This document shows, piece after piece, positions 62,595-64,000 of a stretch of DNA of 64,000 bases (its first letter is position 1; the number at the start of each line of letters is the position of its first letter). This DNA is from Neoechinorhynchus agilis (Eukaryota > Animalia > Acanthocephala). The notes beneath the pieces are model-generated. The model was not told where the DNA came from. It did not search any database and saw only the letters and a list, made by a program, of their open reading frames with translations. The DNA lies in assembly GCA_051530055.1 (NCBI GenBank), contig CM121341.1:4566784-4630783 (forward strand), written 5' to 3'. The position numbers were made by a program, and so were the translations under genes.

Positions 62595-63410
62595 CATTTC
62601 TACTTTTTTTATAGTTTTGTTACGCTCTCCCGGATTTAAATTTCCGATATTTCATGTGTCGAATAATTCCGATATTTCCTCAAAGGTTTGTCATTGCAAG
62701 TTGTTTCGGGATAAAAGTAAAAGTTGTAAAGAAGTCCCCCCCCCGAAAAGAAGGATCATTTTATCTTGAAACAACTTAAAATGACAAACCTTGGGGAAAA
62801 TGTCGGAAATTTGCATCCGGGAGCGTAAAAAACTAAGAAAAGTCTCTTTTTCACCCCGAAGACAATAATCCATGTCATTTCTACTTTTTTTTATAGTTTT
62901 GCTACGCTCTCCCGGATTTAATTTTCCGATATTTCATGTGTCGAATAATTCCGATATTTCCTCAAAGGTTTGTCATTGCAAGTTGTTTCGGGATAAAAGT
63001 AAAAGTTGTAAAGAAGTCCCCCCCCCGAAAAGAAGGATCATTTTATCTTGAAACAACTTAAAATGACAAACCTTGGGGAAAATGTCGGAAATTTGCATCC
63101 GGGAGCGTAAAAAACTAAGAAAAGTCTCTTTTTCACCCCGAAGACAATAATCCATGTCATTTCTACTTTTTTTTATAGTTTTGCTACGCTCTCCCGGATT
63201 TAATTTTCCGATATTTCATGTGTCGAATAATTCCTATATTTCCTCAAAGGTTTGTCATTGTAAGTTGTTTCGAGATAAGTTTTCCCCGAAATGAAAAATC
63301 GTTTTATCTCGAAACACCTTGGGGAAAATGTCGGAAATTTGCATCCTGGGCGTAAAAAACTAAGAAAAGTCTCTTTTTCACCCCGAAGACAATAATCCAA
63401 GTCACTTCTA
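62595..63410. repeat. Tandem trimer of complete palindromic family C MITEs (~282-bp unit)
   Basis: Period 280-282; within each unit ...acgctctcccggattt and ...catccgggagcgt... are inverted arms. Confidence 0.88.
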
Positions 63411-63477
63411 CTTTATTTTAAGTCTATCTGATGAAGATCCCTTAAAATTAGACATCCTTAAAGTTTAGTCTGATTTC

Positions 63478-63955
63478 ATGAGAACATTAAGGCGTGAGCA
63501 CTTTTATAAGAGCAATGTTACATCGCCGACTAGAAAACAAAGTTTGCTTTAACGAGGCTCAAAATCAGGGTTTTTATACGGAGAAACCTTTTTGATTCAA
63601 TTAATTTAGTCACACATTAGAGGTTGAAAATCGAGTGCTTTTATCTGATGTTGCATCCTCGCTGCTTTGATCATGTTTACAAAATCGTTTGTTCAACATG
63701 CAATTGAATTATGAGCCTTGAGTTCCAACTTCTCCCAACATTTCAGGGTTCACAGTACTATCAATGTTTCCATTGGCTCTACTCACGGTATCACGCGTTT
63801 ATCCAATTGTCCTTCTTCTCCCAATTGCCACAATGTTCAAAACTGGCCAAACTGCCGTTCAAATAATTAGGAGCGTTGGTGCCTTCATGGTTAGTGCTCT
63901 CGTTCTTATACTGATTAATCACTGCAACTCTCTATTGAGTATCTGGAAATTTATG
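63478..63955 (+). pseudogene. Probable PIGU (GPI transamidase subunit)-like pseudogene fragment
   Basis: Exon SRVYPIVLLLP...LLSIWKF|gtaagt resembles PIGU SLYP-L-P...LSSWDF as recalled. Upstream VTSP and YTEKP...LFI*CCILAAL resemble VVSP and HETP...VFMITD but carry stops and frameshifts. Confidence 0.5.
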
Positions 63956-64000
63956 TAAGTACAAGAACTCATTTCAATGACATTCCGTGTCTTTAGTCTC

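Noticed and set aside
59500-62620. Stop-codon reassignment suggested by protein-like frames with TAA/TGA
   Set aside because: Bona fide genes here have long stop-free frames and end in TAA, TAG or TGA. Stop density in this stretch is near random, so decay is the simpler explanation.

Overview
This is eukaryotic (metazoan) genomic DNA from a fast-evolving, AT-rich invertebrate with mostly 41-48 bp GT-AG introns; the species cannot be named from sequence alone. Recognisable genes are valyl-tRNA synthetase (VARS), the eRF1 methyltransferase N6AMT1/HemK2, a single-LIM CRIP/MLP-like protein, aspartyl aminopeptidase (DNPEP), splicing factor CDC40/PRP17, WDR7 (rabconnectin-3 beta), prohormone convertase PC2 and NMD factor UPF2. 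There are also three orphan ORFs and a probable PIGU pseudogene. About 40% of the window (about 26 kb, summed by hand) is tandem arrays with units of about 91-458 bp. Several arrays can be traced to a source: a LINE C-terminus, two palindromic MITE families, an intron-containing gene segment, and the start-codon region of CDC40 itself. Decayed RTE, L2/CR1-like, CRE, gypsy-gag and Tc1 remnants are scattered throughout. The best candidate for an undescribed system is in CDC40: two TA-flanked, inverted-repeat-bounded insertions appear to have landed in coding sequence and become introns. In both, 13 nt of the element end stay in the exon, a GTAAT donor follows, and the acceptor is co-opted from host sequence so the frame is kept. 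All coordinates, alignments and orthologue comparisons were made by eye or from memory. Parts of the arrays show long-read consensus noise.
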